DNA of 64,000 nucleotides from Adineta vaga (GCA_021613535.1 CP075495.1:11594001-11658000), one strand, 5' to 3'; positions 28,573 through 43,621 are shown, numbered from the stretch's first letter. The notes: generated from the sequence alone by a model not told the origin. Translations and numbers: made by a program.

Positions 28573-31500
28573 ATGGCATATCAATTTAGATCGACTTATT
28601 CCGGGTAAGTAATAAAACACACCTCATTTTCGTGCTTTACAAATAAGCAGCTTTGTCTAAACACGATCGATAGTTATATTGTGTAAAAATTCTATTTAAA
28701 ACATAATATGAGTAGATATCTACACATGATACTAATACACTTTTTTGAAATTGTTTACGTTCATCATTTTATTGCTAGAAGAATTCTTCAAGCATAAAAC
28801 ATATTTATGTGGCTTTGTTAACATTATAAATCATGAATAATCAAAATAGAATCTTACGGAAAGTAAATTCTTCGATACATTATAGGTAAGTGCATTGAAA
28901 TAGTTACTTCAGAAATCAAAAGCTTAGGTGTATGTTAGAAACATGACTTTTCTGCTTCGTTTATATTTATTGTATTACTTAGTTTCATTTGCTGAAAAAT
29001 TGTTTGAGTGTAAATAAGGAAGTTAAAATAAGTAAAATTAACCAGAAAAAAAATAATGAAAGAGAATAGAACTATGATTATCATTGATAAGAGCAACATG
29101 TTCATGTTGATTTATTGTAATATTCGAAAAAAATGCGATCAACATTAACTACGCCACGACGACTAACAACTCCTGCAAGATGGCAAAGGTAAATTGTATC
29201 ATTCATTATCTTTTAATTCAAAACCAATTTCAAATGTTCGATTCCATGGATAATAGACATTTTCTACTTGAAAATGAGTCGTTATTTGATTTGCATAGGA
29301 AATAAAACCTTTTGAAATAAATCTTTCATAGAAAAGTAAGTCATTGTTAAGTTTATCCAATGGATCAAGTGAAACAGTGTTCAAATAAAATGAAAGAATT
29401 TGTCGTAAATTAGCTTGATATTGAACATCTTCAAGAAAACGATATAATGTAAATCGAGAATTTTCTTGCATTGTAGAATTTCGATAATAGTTTAATAGAA
29501 CACCATTACTTAAGCAGGTTCCTAATGTATTACCATTTGTATTCCATCCTGCATAAGCATACGTTCCTAATTGAGTTTGATTTAATATCCATTGTGAAAA
29601 ACATCGATCACCACCGTTACTATAACGTACATCAGCATAGACAATAATAGATTGATTTTTTGGTATATTCAATGGGGTATAATCTTCACATGTTTGTATT
29701 TCTGTTGCTTCATGTTGTGTTTCTGTTGACCAGTTATTAACTAGAACAAGAATATCAGCTGTTGTTTCATTTGTATAATCGATGTAATGTCCTCCAACAG
29801 CAGTTATTTGTTTCAGAACACTTTCATTGAGTGGTGCGCCTTCATAATTTGGTATATAATTTTGTGTTGTTACATTTCGATAATGAACTGTAAATGTTGG
29901 TTTTGATAGTTGTTTATTATTTACAACAATTTGACTGAGTATAGCTAAGCTAACTTCATCAGCACCAGGATAGATATTAACTTTTGAACTTAGATTAAGT
30001 GAAGGATCATTAATTAATTGAACTAATTTTCTTTCTTCAGCTTTATTTAATCCATATGCAGCATTATCATCCAGAGTTAACCAAATATGTTCGAAATAAA
30101 GTTGAGTATATTCATGTAATAGTGTATAAGTTAGATTATAATTTCGTGCTCGTCGCCATATAAATTCTTGAAGAATATCTCCGGGAATTTGTTTTTCTAA
30201 CTGTTGAACTTGTTCTTCATCGATTGGATTATGAAGTACAGCATATCGGTCAGTATAGAATGACCACAGATAGATAAGACGACCATACGTTGCCCAATAA
30301 TCAGGTTCTTCAAAATCTCCATTATATGCTGGAATACGCATAATGACAGAACTAAGATAGATTTGAATTTTAGAACCAAATTCTTGTTTAAATCCAATTA
30401 ATCTTCGTAATCGAGAATTTAATTCATCGAACGTCGTATTACTTAATCGACTATTGATCAGACCACCATAGACAAGTTGTTCCGTTGAAATTAATAACGA
30501 ACAAGATGATGAAATTATACATGATGTACTGATTTGTTCATGTAACCATTGAAAGAGTTGATTTGTATCTGCTGGTTGTTTCCAATGACTAATCATTTCT
30601 AAAGATGGTGTTATTAAAGTAAAATCATTTTGAATTAGACGAGCAAGATTTAAGACAATAGATCTTGTGGTAAAACGTTCATCGAGTGGAATGAAAAGAA
30701 TGGTTGATTGTGAAGAACATTCGACAATTATGAGAAATAAAAAGAGAAATGATCGAACTAGATTCATTGTAAAAATTTAGATGAATACTGAAACTTGATT
30801 AGGTTTTATTTTGATAACATTTTGATGAGAAAATCATCAGATGATACATTATAAGGCCCAAAGAAAAATAATCATTACAAATATTTAATCGCTTTTTCTT
30901 TGATATCTATTCATTTTGTTTTATAAACCATGTTTCAATTTGACTTTTTTCATTTTAAGTACAAGTGCAGACAGTCGAGATCTTCCGTCGACGCCTCAAA
31001 ATCGACATGTTTCATTGGCTAATATTGCAACAGCATTTTTAACTGAGCGAAAGTCTTCTGCACGTCGACTAAGTAGTGGTCGTCGAAAAAAACGTTTAGC
31101 AAATCAAGAAAAAAAATCATCGAATTCAAGGCTTCAATCAAGTTTTCCCAATGGACTTAACGATCTATTCGGACAACGTTTATCATCCGAAAACATGGAG
31201 CATAATATTGCGGCAATGTTTATGACCACGAGTAGTGGTGCAGGTGCCAATAACAAACATCGTGCAACTCTGGTAATAAAAGTTTGCTTTCTTAGATCTT
31301 GACAACATGTAAACTCTCGAACAAATAGATCAGTTATTTCTCTGACATTGACATTGATTGTGAGTATTTCAAAGAATAATAGTAGCTAAAAATAGAACAC
31401 TTGAATTAAATACGAAAGATGCAACTGAGAATATTTCATCAATTCAGATAATTTTATCTGATTCCAAAGAATTTACAATGAATTTAACAATTATTCTTAC

Positions 31501-33963
31501 AGTTTATTTTCTCCTATTCCATTGAATCTTGTTCATTTACGCCAAAAAATCCGTGTCAAAACAAGAAAGTCAGGAAATACCTTTTCTTATTCCTATCTGT
31601 CAAAATGTCTTTCTTTTGTCGTTTTATGTCAATGAAACCCTTCTCTATTATGCTATTAGTACGAAATAATTAATTCTGATATCCTAATCAAGTACTATTA
31701 GTATTAAAAAAGAGATAAATTTCCATAATTTAGACATTGTTTCTTTCTTCTTCGTGTTGTATTCACTTAAAACAATTAAGTAAAAATGGAATCTTCCTTT
31801 TGCTTTTCAAGAAAGGAAATCATGTGAAAAAAAAGGAAAGAACACGTTTGTTGTCAAAGGAAATTGACTTTGTTGTTCGTGGATGGATTCATCTTTTTGT
31901 GTCAATATCTGTTCTTTAAATTGGTTTTAATTTATTCTGACAAGCATTACACACACAGACACACTTCATCTGTCTATGCGTAGGACATGAAGATTGAAAG
32001 TCTAACTAGCGTACACTATTTTCTCTTGTTTTTTCTTCTTCTCTTTGTCATATTCTGCCAATCTTCAAACCTAACACATAATCACACCATTTCTTCCGTA
32101 GAAAGACAATGTGGCACATCAGCAGGGACGAGAGTAGCGGAAAAAGAGATAGAAAGCGCGTGCAAAGAAAGAAAAAGAGAAAAAAGAATCAGAGAATTTC
32201 TTTAGATGAAATTATTCGTAATAGATTTCCATATAAGCAAAAAAAAGGAAAGAACGATATACTAATCAATAGTAATTAGAAGTAAAAGTATGCAGTATCA
32301 ACATCGAAAATTATCGAGTACCAATGATCAACCTATGTTAAGTCAATTAGTATCGATGAAAGAAAATAGTATTAAATCAACAGGATCTGTACGAATTCAT
32401 CTTAATATCCCAGGAGAACAATCGCGACGTTCATCATTTGATTTCAATCTCACTTCGCCATTACCAACTACAGTTAAATTAACAAAAAATCGTTTAACAA
32501 CAACTATTCCCAAATCGATATCAACTGATATTGATGGTGGACGACGAACGACGCGTTTTAGTAACGTTAGTAGTAGTTATGCTCAGTTTTTAAAACAACG
32601 TGATATGGATAAAGTTAAAAAGATTGTAAGTGTGATAGGATGAAATAGATTACAAATAATATAGGTTTTCTTTTCTATTTCTATGATCTGATTTTTCATT
32701 TCGTTTTTAGTTATCACAAGAAGATCAACGTCTACTATTATCATCGAGTGAATGGGTTGAAGATGTTAAAGATACTGATCCCTATGTTTCAGTCCTTAGT
32801 CGACTTGGTAAATATTGGAAAAGAGAAGAATTTGTTCCTAAATAATTTTCTTTCCTATTTGTATAGGTGAAGCAATACAAGATTCAGAAACGTTGGTCGA
32901 ATTTGTTAAAAAATCATTTTCCATTGTTACAAATACATGTAATGTATAGATAAAAATTGAAATAGATGTGAATACATAGTGTCAATTCGATTTCCGTCGA
33001 GATAGATCTCGTATGTGAACAGAAAAATACAATCAATTGAATTTCTCTATTCCAGATGATTAAGAAATAATTGTAAAAATCTATTTAACAAAGCTTAGAA
33101 ACACAAACTCACTATTAATAAGGAGATTGAATGAGAAGGAAAAAAAACCAATATCCAATCTTTTTTCTATTTCTAATCTATATGAAGATGAGATTTTCAA
33201 TTTATTTTCTATTTAATGATGATATTAAACTAATGAAATAGAAAAACTATTTATAAACTATGAAGTATCATACCTGAAGAGAAGTTTTAAGCGACGTATC
33301 AGAAGTAGATAATATCTTCTTTATTTTCTAGACGGAGCGACTGCTTTATTAGCATTGTTAACTGTTTTTCAAGTGATACTTTTTTTTATTGGTATGTAAA
33401 TCGAAATTATTTTATTGGTTTTTATGAAGAAAAAAAAAACATACACGAGAAATGAATTTAGGTGTTAAATATTTAAATGATTGTCCAGTACAACCTAATC
33501 TACCGGTTTATTTACTTGTTGCTGGTTCGATGGGTCTTGTACGTCTATTAAATTTATTATGGAAACAATTTCGTCGACGACGTTTAAGAAAATTAGAAGG
33601 CGTAGAACTTGATCAAGAAGAAGAAACAGAAGATAGTGTGTATTTGACATGTGTCTGTTTTGAACTTAGTTATTATATTTCAAATTTTCTTATTTAGATG
33701 GTTCTGGTTTTACAGATGCTGTTTTAAATCTCTTTCTCCTTGCGTGGTTCATTGTAGGACAATTTTGGACTTGGAGAAGTTTCATGCCAAATTTCGAATT
33801 TGGATTAGAAAATCCAGAGAAATATTGTCATAAAAACGTTTATATATTTGCGCTTGTACATATCGCTTTGGTTTATGTCATGTTTCTTGCAGTTATTTTG
33901 TTTTTTATAGCGCTTACATGTTGTGCGACATTTCCACATTTAATTGTCAAAGCACCACGTTGA
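28573..33963 (+). CDS. TMEM272-like multi-pass membrane protein; long isoform (exons 28573-28604 and 30960-31272) and alternative first exon 32290-32625, both joining at 32711
   Basis: CPVQPNLPVYLLVAG, NLFLLAWFIVGQFWTW and YCHKNVYIFA motifs; splice phases of the upstream exons are compatible (phase 2 across 28605-30959, phase 0 into 32711). The downstream part is well supported; the upstream linkage is inferred. Confidence 0.72.
29199..30767 (-). CDS. DUF4127-family-like secreted protein, intronless, bacterial type
   Basis: 522 aa uninterrupted ORF; signal peptide; IPLDERF, LVYGGLINSR, YPGADE, ADVRYSNGGD, YAGWNTNGNTLG and YPWNRTFEI motifs recalled from bacterial DUF4127 proteins. Confidence 0.82.
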   Translation of the reverse strand: MNLVRSFLFLFLIIVECSSQSTILFIPLDERFTTRSIVLNLARLIQNDFTLITPSLEMISHWKQPADTNQLFQWLHEQISTSCIISSSCSLLISTEQLVYGGLINSRLSNTTFDELNSRLRRLIGFKQEFGSKIQIYLSSVIMRIPAYNGDFEEPDYWATYGRLIYLWSFYTDRYAVLHNPIDEEQVQQLEKQIPGDILQEFIWRRARNYNLTYTLLHEYTQLYFEHIWLTLDDNAAYGLNKAEERKLVQLINDPSLNLSSKVNIYPGADEVSLAILSQIVVNNKQLSKPTFTVHYRNVTTQNYIPNYEGAPLNESVLKQITAVGGHYIDYTNETTADILVLVNNWSTETQHEATEIQTCEDYTPLNIPKNQSIIVYADVRYSNGGDRCFSQWILNQTQLGTYAYAGWNTNGNTLGTCLSNGVLLNYYRNSTMQENSRFTLYRFLEDVQYQANLRQILSFYLNTVSLDPLDKLNNDLLFYERFISKGFISYANQITTHFQVENVYYPWNRTFEIGFELKDNE

Positions 33964-34477
33964 ATAAAAAGCATTCAGATATTCTGGAATTTTATCAGAA
34001 GGAAGATGAACACATAAGTTCATATTTCATACGATTATAAGTATTTTCTTGTCTTTATGAAAGTAGATTATCTTGCTTATGTTATCTGTCATTTGTCAGC
34101 AGTTAAATCATCCTCGAGTAATAGTGACGTATGATGATCAATAAATAATAAATGATCTTGATTGCCATGTTGTCAGTGAACATAAAATAAGATTCCGGCA
34201 TAAATACATATTATTTTTCTTCATCACTTCACTCTCTGTAACATAAACTATAAATATCTAATTCGTTCGATCGACAAAGAAGTTATAAACTGAATTCTTT
34301 CATAGGCAACAAGTTACCTTTATATATCTACTGCTCAACTCAATCCTAGACAATTCGATTGGATTATTATTTATTTATGATCAAAGTAGTTCGTTGAAGA
34401 ATGACACTGAATTACATAGCAACATAATTTTCTTATTTATCTATCGTTTTTTTTCTTTCATTACAAAAATCCATTGA

Positions 34478-34990
34478 ATGATATCTACAAAAAATGATGA
34501 TTGTCAAAATGCAAAAAAGCGTCTTCTCAAAGATCTTCTTCAACTTCAAACATTAACTCTTCAAGATGGTGTTACAGCAGCACCATTGAATGAATCTAAT
34601 CTATTCGAATGGCAAGCTATCATCATCGGACCTGATAAAACGCCATTTGAAGGTGGTCTTTACGAATTACATCTAGCCATTCCATGTGATTATCCAGTAC
34701 ATGCTCCAAGAGTTCGATTTAAAACTGAAATATTCCATCCAAATATCTATGAAAATGGAGATGTTTGTATTGATATATTACAAGATCAATGGAGTGAGGT
34801 GATGAGTATTGAGAAAATTTTAATTTCAATCCGTAGTTTATTAAATGAACCGAATGTGAATAGTCCAGCAAATACAGAAGCAGCTCTTTTATATAAAGAA
34901 CATCGAAATGAATTTGATCATCGAATACGTCATGATATTGACAAACAAATAAATAACAAATTACTAACAGTTGATACTATTTTCAATTGA
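34478..34990 (+). CDS. Ubiquitin-conjugating enzyme E2 (Rad6/Ubc7-related), intronless
   Basis: KKRLLKDL, GPDKTPFEGG, FHPNIYENGDVCIDIL (HPN plus catalytic Cys), EPNVNSPAN. Confidence 0.92.
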   Translation: MISTKNDDCQNAKKRLLKDLLQLQTLTLQDGVTAAPLNESNLFEWQAIIIGPDKTPFEGGLYELHLAIPCDYPVHAPRVRFKTEIFHPNIYENGDVCIDILQDQWSEVMSIEKILISIRSLLNEPNVNSPANTEAALLYKEHRNEFDHRIRHDIDKQINNKLLTVDTIFN

Positions 34991-35165
34991 AATATTTTTT
35001 CTTTTTTTGTAGAAATCATTAAACAAAAAGTTTGTTTTCTTTATATAAGTTTAATAGATTAGAAAGTTAATTCAACAAAGTCAGGATACAATGTTTCGTC
35101 GAGACTGTTTTTAATATCAAATTTCTTTTTGCAAAAAAGACTTATCTAAAAGACGAAAAAAACTC

Positions 35166-35666
35166 TCAATAAATAAAAGCAATTATAATAATTGAAGTCG
35201 AAATTAATATTATTCCGCTAATAGTTATCATTAAAATTAAATATTGTTTGGAACTTATCTGATATTGTTGATCATGCAAAATTTCTGTCAATTTTCCATC
35301 ATCAATATTTTTATTTGAATTGATCATATGATTATCGTTTTGCACTATTTTATCTAATGGATTTGAGAATGAAGTTGTTGAAACAATAAATGTCGCTGAT
35401 GATGTCGAATAACATGTTGGATTTCGTTTCTGTTCATCATTAACTATGATTGATTGAAAACAATTATCTGTGATATATTCAAGATTCAATGATGTTTCTT
35501 TATATTCGTTTTTATCATTAATGGCATCAAATATAGTTCTATTAGCAAGCGTTGATATGACTGGTAGATAGAGGCAATCACCTTGAGCACCTGTATGTAT
35601 ATTTTGTTTACTTGTTATTGGTATATGAATATCTGTTCTTTTAAATTTCTTATTTTCAATCGACAT
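35166..35666 (-). CDS. Hypothetical 166 aa protein with a C-terminal transmembrane anchor
   Basis: 501 nt ATG-initiated ORF in AT-rich DNA; hydrophobic C-terminus YLILMITISGIILISTSIIIIAFIY; no recognisable family. Confidence 0.55.
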   Translation of the reverse strand: MSIENKKFKRTDIHIPITSKQNIHTGAQGDCLYLPVISTLANRTIFDAINDKNEYKETSLNLEYITDNCFQSIIVNDEQKRNPTCYSTSSATFIVSTTSFSNPLDKIVQNDNHMINSNKNIDDGKLTEILHDQQYQISSKQYLILMITISGIILISTSIIIIAFIY

Positions 35667-36366
35667 TAATAATCATTAATGATAAACGAGGAAAAATAAC
35701 TAAAGATTCGACGAAGAAGAAGAATATTATCAAGGAAATCTTTCTTAATGCATATCAATAACAAATAAACTGAAGGTTCAGAAAATTCAATCAAGCGCCA
35801 ATAAGATAAATATTCAATTAGTTTACCTTCGAAATAAGAAGTGCTTTTTCATGCTAATAAATAAAATTGAGACTATGGATACTCAAGACGATATATTAGA
35901 ACATAAACGCGAATAGATAAGTACGTGTGAAAAGAATGAACGAAAGTGAATTTAAAAAAAAGAAAAAGAAATCAAACTAGTAGTAAGAATAAGCATACAT
36001 CTACGTTTGTCAAATGAAAAGAAAAACAAGCTAGTTTTTGTTGTAAATTTAGGAACAAAATGAACTTAAGTAAGTGAATACGTGTGTGCTCTTACTCATC
36101 TTTCTGTACAGCCAAACACCGGGAAGTACACTCTTGCCCGTTTTTCAAAGAAGAACAAAAAAGAGAAGTTATAACTAGACAGATAGACGAACATCACACG
36201 AATGAAAAAGAAGAAGAAAAATGATTAAAATGTAATGAAAAGAATGAATCAAATAAACACTGTTCTAAATATCGATTTGAAAGTAAATGAGTGAGGAATA
36301 ATAATCTAAACGACTTTGAATGATTTATGTTTCATAGATTATTGATGTTCTATTCGATTGAAATAT

Positions 36367-38779
<2,413 letters not shown>

Positions 38780-40195
38780 TTCTTTTTGTTAGTTAATTTT
38801 GATGGTTGACGATCTAGAAAAAGAAATATAATCGATTCGATTAAAATCAAACATGAAGAAGAATTTGATTAGAACATTTTTGTTGAAGGACTTACTCGAT
38901 TTCTACGTCCTATTGTTGGTCAGTCGATCAATAGCCGATTGGCCTGGGCGCTAAGGCCCTTTCTTTTGGTTCTTCTGTTTTTTTCTTCTCTTTCTCAACC
39001 AAACGCCGACGAGAATCGAATGCCAACAGACAAGCTGTAGCAAAAATATTTTCTTTTTCTCCTTCTCATTCTTTCTCTCCCGTCTTTTTTTTATCTCTTT
39101 TCGTCCTAAGCGACAGCCAAAAAACCTCACCGAAGAACAACTCGTCGCGTCGACAACACGCAGACAAACACATGCGCCTATGTTATTTGACAATTGACCT
39201 TGTGTTAGAAGTATAAGAACGAAAGAATAAGAGAAAAAACGTCTGGGTTTTTTATTGTGCAACTCCCAACGACGACGAAGAGATTTACAAGGCAACGTGT
39301 AGAAAAGAGAAGAAAAAAAGAAAAAAAATGAGAAAAAAAACAAGAGGTAGATTCTGTTTCTCTCTCTTTTTCTCCAAGGTCGAATAGACATACACAGAGA
39401 CTCTTAGGCACATCGGCATTGACAGGTTCAGCATGGAAAACTACATGACAGCGAAGAGAAAAAAAAAGGAATTGATTTGCTTACGTGACATGTATGTTTG
39501 ATATATACATAGACGACGAATATAGGAATATAGAAAATGATTCTTTGATTTTGTTACGTCACTCTTCTAATACCAGGGAGAAGCAAGAAAAAAAGGGTAC
39601 CGCAACTAGCTCGTTAGATATGTATGTACAAACGTATGCTCTTAATGTCGGACACACACTATTATTGATTAAATGACCTCTCATACACTGATGAATAATT
39701 CTATCAGATAGAAGACGAAAAAGTCGAATTACATTTTGTATATGGATGAACGAAAAAGAATGCTATGGAACAATGCAATACTTACGATAAAAGTTGAAAG
39801 TTTAATTTTTGTAAAATTTCGAGAATAAAATGTACAAAAAAAGAAGAAGAGAATAGTCGTTATTTTTTTTAATAGAGGTAAAATAAAATGCAGCTATTTC
39901 TTTTCTTTGTCTTCTAAAATCTCACTAATAAACAATCTGTATTCTAAAATTACGTGATCATATTTCTAGCCTCCTCTGCTGTTATATATTTATTTCAATC
40001 GATAAACGAACAAAGATCAGTTAGATATTTATATACGTGTGAAGAAAACAACAATAGTTTATCAAGTGTACTTTGTTCGAAATACGAAAGAAATATAGTT
40101 ATGTACATCCTACCGACACCCTCTATCGTCGCTGTTTATGATGATATAGGCAAATGTACCGAAACTTGCTTTACGCGTATGGTCTTTTATAGATG

Positions 40196-40225
40196 TTTCT
40201 TCTTCTTCTTCTTCTTCTTCTTCTT
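40196..40225. repeat. (TTC)n microsatellite
   Basis: About 9 tandem TTC units. Confidence 0.8.
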
Positions 40226-41372
40226 TTTCCACAAAGAATCGTGAATTATAAATAACGAAGAAGAACGAAAAGAGAAAATAATGGACTTTAACATAAGAAA
40301 TATAAAAATCAATCGATCACTATGGTATTTCTTCTTCAAGCGCTAAACTTTTATGAGGAACAATTCATATTTTAAAAACAACATGTTTTTGTACATCGAT
40401 GACAAGACATATTGGTTAAAATAGCTTTTCTTTTCTCTAAATCAATGGAGAACATTTTGCGAACTTTATTAAACTATGGACTTTGACCTTGAATAGAAAA
40501 AGAAAAATATCCAACTCATTCGAATACTGTAAGAACGACACTTGCGTATAAATTATTCGTATTTGAAAACAGAAATTTTCCGTTCAAATAGTTACACGTT
40601 ATTTCATCTCAAATATTTTCGATAAATAAATAATAAAAAGAAAAAGGTTTTCTCTTTTCATAAACAGATATTCAACGATCTTTATGGTAATAAAACTAAC
40701 AACAGGAAATAATAAACAAAGACATGAAGAGAATGTCTGGCCAAATTTAGGCGTTATATATTAAACTTTGATTATTGTGTATCAAAATGACAATCAGATC
40801 GATCGTTTATTTTCTAAAAGTCAAATTATGTCTACGCTTTGAACATTTGAATGATATAAGTTTAGATCGAAATGTTTCTTTTTGTTCATATATTTATTGA
40901 AATATATATGTTACAAATATAAAAACATGCACTGATAGATCTCTGTCTAATTTGTCAAGAAAGAAAAACATAAGAGTATCGAATTTGAACAAAACAAAAA
41001 GATATTCAATAATTATAAATAAAGATCATCGCTCGATTAATTATATATGTATACATCAATAGAATTTTAAAGACATGACAGAAATACAAAGATAAAACTT
41101 GCATTTTGCACTAGCAAGTATCTGACTATTTATCAATACATGAGAGTAGAATACATTCTAGACATGCAGGATAAATACTAAACTAAGTAAAATATTTCTA
41201 TGTATAAGTGTTTAACAGAAATAGAAAATAGACTTGAATGAATTACGTAGAAAAACATGTCGAATGACTATTTAAGTAAGATTGTAATAAAATCAAGACT
41301 AATTTTATCGTAAATATTAACACAAAATTTATCCATATTGATCACTGTAGTAAATCATCGTAAAAAGTATGA

Positions 41373-42555
41373 CTAATCTATTTCTTCTCTAATGTTTCTA
41401 GTGGTGGTTTATTTTCAATTTCATTGTTATCATTTGTTTTCTGTTCTTCATCATTTGTGTTTGAGAGTGAATCTTCATGGTCAGTAATATAATCTAAAAA
41501 TGCTTGACGAATATTAAATGAAAATGGACTTGTTTGATCTATCATTCGTTCTGGATGCCACTAGATCAAAATAAAAAAAACTAATCTTTTTCTTAAATTC
41601 AAAATATTTTAGTTTTACTTGAACGCCTAAATAAAATGGATTATCTTTTGTATTTTTCCATTGTATTGCTTCAATAATTGGTTCTTCTGCTGTAGCTGCA
41701 ACAGTCAATTCTTCTCCAAGTGTTTCAACACATTGATGATGAGAAGAATTCACAGCACCTCTAGCACATCCAGTGATTTCTTTCAAGAGAGTTTTCTCTC
41801 GTACAAGTATTTCATGACGTTGATCTATTCCTACGAAGAAAAAGAAAAACAATAATCTATTATTGTCTTTGAAGTATAGGAAAAACGACATCGATTATTC
41901 TTCTAGAATGTATCTATTAGATTAAGGTTAAAAAGTAGTTTATAGTATAAACAAAACCAGATATATCATATGCCATCTGGACGTTTATTTCGGTCTCAAT
42001 TGTACGAGAATAAAATTAGGCTAAGTTGTTTTCCTATTACTAAAAATAGAAGAACATGCAATGATTATTACCTTGTACTTTAGCATGACCACTAATTTTC
42101 GTTACAGTCGGAATATCATAAATTAATGTACCACCATGATAAACATTGAATAATTGCATACCTAAACAGAAAATCAATGAATAAAATAGAAAGAAACAAC
42201 AAGTTTTTCTATTGTATTCAATTTTACCTCGACAAATACTTAAGATTGGTAATTTCAGTTGTAATGAACGTCTAATGACTTGCATTTCGAAATCATCACG
42301 TTTCTCATCAATATCAGTAAATTCAATTCGTCCAAGTAGATCTGGTCGTTTATATCGACGTGGATCTACATCTTCACCACCGGATAAAACTACTCCTTGA
42401 CATTTTTCAATATCATCAAGGTTATTTAAACCATAAGATAAACGAATGATATCAATTTTTTCAGGTGCATCTAAAAACCATCGTTCATAATTACCATAAC
42501 GAGCACAATCGGTAATTCCGATTCGAATCCTATTCATAATTATTCGAGTTTTCAT
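41373..42555 (-). CDS. Peptidase C26 / gamma-glutamyl-GABA hydrolase (PuuD)-like class I glutamine amidotransferase, bacterial type, 4 exons
   Basis: GVVLSGGEDVDP, RDDFE, PILSICRG|MQLFNV (nucleophile Cys), VNSSHHQ, GVQ|WHPE (His/Glu); three introns; the start may instead be the Met at 42537. Confidence 0.88.
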
Positions 42556-43047
42556 TGTTCTTTTATGATTAGAAATAAATACCGAAAACAGTAATGATAA
42601 TATATTAAAATACAAAATTATTCTTTCAATGGTCAAAATATGAGTGGTTAGAGAACCATTCAGAATAGACGTGTGTTTTTTTTATGAGAGCAAATGGTAA
42701 CGGTACGGTACTTGCAGAGAATAATAATAATAATAATAATCATCTGATCGTTTCGGATTGGTCTATATTTATGAACTAGTAAGAATCATTTAAAGGTGTT
42801 TGTGAGTCATTATTGATGTTGACTAAATGACATAAAAGAGAAATAAATCATATAATATATTATAAAAAGAAAAAAGGTATTTTTTCTTAGAACACTTTGT
42901 ATAGATTGTAGCGCACTCTATGAAGCAGTTCTTTTTATATAGTTGACAGTTGGTGTATACAAATCTATATGAGTCAGATAAGCAAAGTTTTTCTTTTAAT
43001 AAAAGATCAAATGTGCAATATTTCTTCTTACACAATACATTGTAGAT

Positions 43048-43621
43048 ATGACATCGACATCGGCAATAACTTCAGTGAAAACTAATGATAATCAAGAGAA
43101 AAAATCAAATCAATCATCGAAAACTTTCGATGAAAGTAAGACGAATTTAGTATCATTAACTCTCGATAAAGGAGAAACAACAGATAATGTACGTTTTACT
43201 CCACGTCGCCAACATCATCACGGTATTGAATAGAGATGATTTTTTAATTTTTGCTCTTTTGCTTGCTTCTTTGTGCTTAACACTAATTTTCTATTTTTGA
43301 TGATAATTAGAACAACAAAATGACCTATCTCCGCATGTTATTCGAAAACGATCCACCGTGCCGCTCGCAGCGCTTCGTAGGACAAATAATGAAAAATTTT
43401 TAATACGAACAATTTATACTTGTTTTTTTTCTCTTATAGCTATTAGGCAATCTGTTGCAGCAGATTACTGTCAACAAAGTTTGATTTCCGATCGTGCGGT
43501 TGGAGTTCAAGCACGACCATTTGATGAGTTTTCAATGGATACAACAGATGCCGATGCAGCAGGTGGAACAGGATCGAAACCAATCGGCAGTCGTTCGACA
43601 CCGACGACTAAATCTTCATAA
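43048..43621 (+). CDS. Hypothetical hydrophilic Ser/Thr-rich protein of about 140 aa, 3 exons
   Basis: Exons 43048-43222, 43311-43376 and 43440-43621 join in frame through phase-1 GT-AG introns; acceptor-like AG just upstream of the ATG. Confidence 0.5.

Noticed and set aside
38951-39411. 146 aa ORF upstream of enolase
   Set aside because: Low-complexity F/K runs from poly-T/A tracts in the promoter or 5' UTR region
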